NCBI GenBank assembly: GCA_011109175.1
Contig: RDEW01000023.1
Span: 556,089-620,088 of the forward strand
Source: Dicyema japonicum
Taxonomy: Eukaryota > Animalia > Dicyemida
Reading direction: 5' to 3'
Length of the DNA stretch: 64,000 nt
Under the pieces are notes generated by a model that worked only from the letters and a program-made list of their open reading frames with translations, was not told where the DNA came from and did no database searches. Below, in pieces: positions 63,200 through 64,000 of this stretch; within the stretch, counting starts at the first letter, position 1; every line of letters begins with the position of its first letter. The translations under genes and the position numbers were made by a program.

Positions 63200-64000
63200 A
63201 TTTAAAATCTTGTAAACAAAGACAAATTTGGCAGCTTTTTCAATTCCCATTCTATTTCGTACATTTGAATGTAAGAATCTATAAAGTCAAAAAAAATTCG
63301 TTTTATTTAACCTGTTGAAGCAACTGCTCCAAGAATTTTTGAAATTACTTCAGAAGGTAACTGGTAAGAGTTTGACTCCCACCAAGATATAGGTGATACT
63401 TTGCTCAATAAATTCGGAGCGAGCATGTATAGTTTGAATAGATCAGCATTTGCTCTGAAATTAATCAGAGTCGGAAGAGCATATTCATAATGTTCAGCAC
63501 AATAATCCAAGACGAAGTCAATATCAGCAGTTGAAAGAGATCTCCCACAACGTGTTGGGTGCATTAGATTCGCAAGTATGTGGGAAGGTGTTAATGTTTG
63601 ATCTGTTCGAGTTTTCATTTTTCTAAAATAGACGTACATCCATAGTCAATTTAGGTCTGTTCAAGATTTTTCCAAATTTCTACAGCATGATTAATCGTCG
63701 TAGAATTTGAATAATGTCTAAAGCGACAACAATTGGTTTAATCAGCCGCAAAAATTCTTCAAAGCGTTGTTTTAGGCAAATATTTCGTACTTTGGAAGCA
63801 ATCTCTGTATAAATATTCGATCTGTGTTCCTCACAAATTCTCAAAATGGTTTCTTTAACGTCAGCTACTTCGACATTTTTTGATAGCAGGTTGAGATAAT
63901 GTGCCGAGCAACCATTGGTAGTAATTTCATCGTCATCTTGCATCATTATCCGCCTCATTTTAGTCATGAAGCCAGCATTGTCCGTTACAAGACTATACAT
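63200..64000 (-). mobile_element. Degenerate hAT transposase (runs off the window)
   Basis: VTDNAGFM, CSAHYLNLL, LKPIVVALD, LANLMHP, SWWES, dimerisation-region remnant. Confidence 0.8.

Overview
AT-rich eukaryotic nuclear DNA with no bacterial features (no operons, rRNA or CRISPR seen). Five intact host genes can be reconstructed by hand: TRIAP1/Mdm35, a CDK1-like kinase, gamma-glutamyl transpeptidase, CFAP157 and a C-type-lectin/mucin membrane protein. All 31 introns I infer in them are GT-AG and only 21-27 nt long. Tiny introns at animal-type positions plus a motile-cilium gene suggest a reduced metazoan such as a dicyemid mesozoan (inference). The rest is a dense graveyard of decayed mobile DNA: RTE-like, Ingi-like/I-group APE, CRE-like and R4/Dong-like non-LTR retrotransposons, pogo and hAT DNA transposons, and a tRNA-derived SINE-like family. 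It also holds decayed host genes (polybromo/PBRM1, an LRR plus Roc-like gene, several unidentified). Most notable: uniformly minimal introns, many of them 3n and stop-free; virus-like 2A StopGo peptides ahead of the APE domain in two LINE copies; a PBRM1 pseudogene; and a CDK1 with a non-PSTAIRE helix. Many 40-230 bp near-identical tandem duplications next to N joins look like assembly artefacts. Family names come from motif recognition, not database searches, and mobile-element boundaries are approximate.
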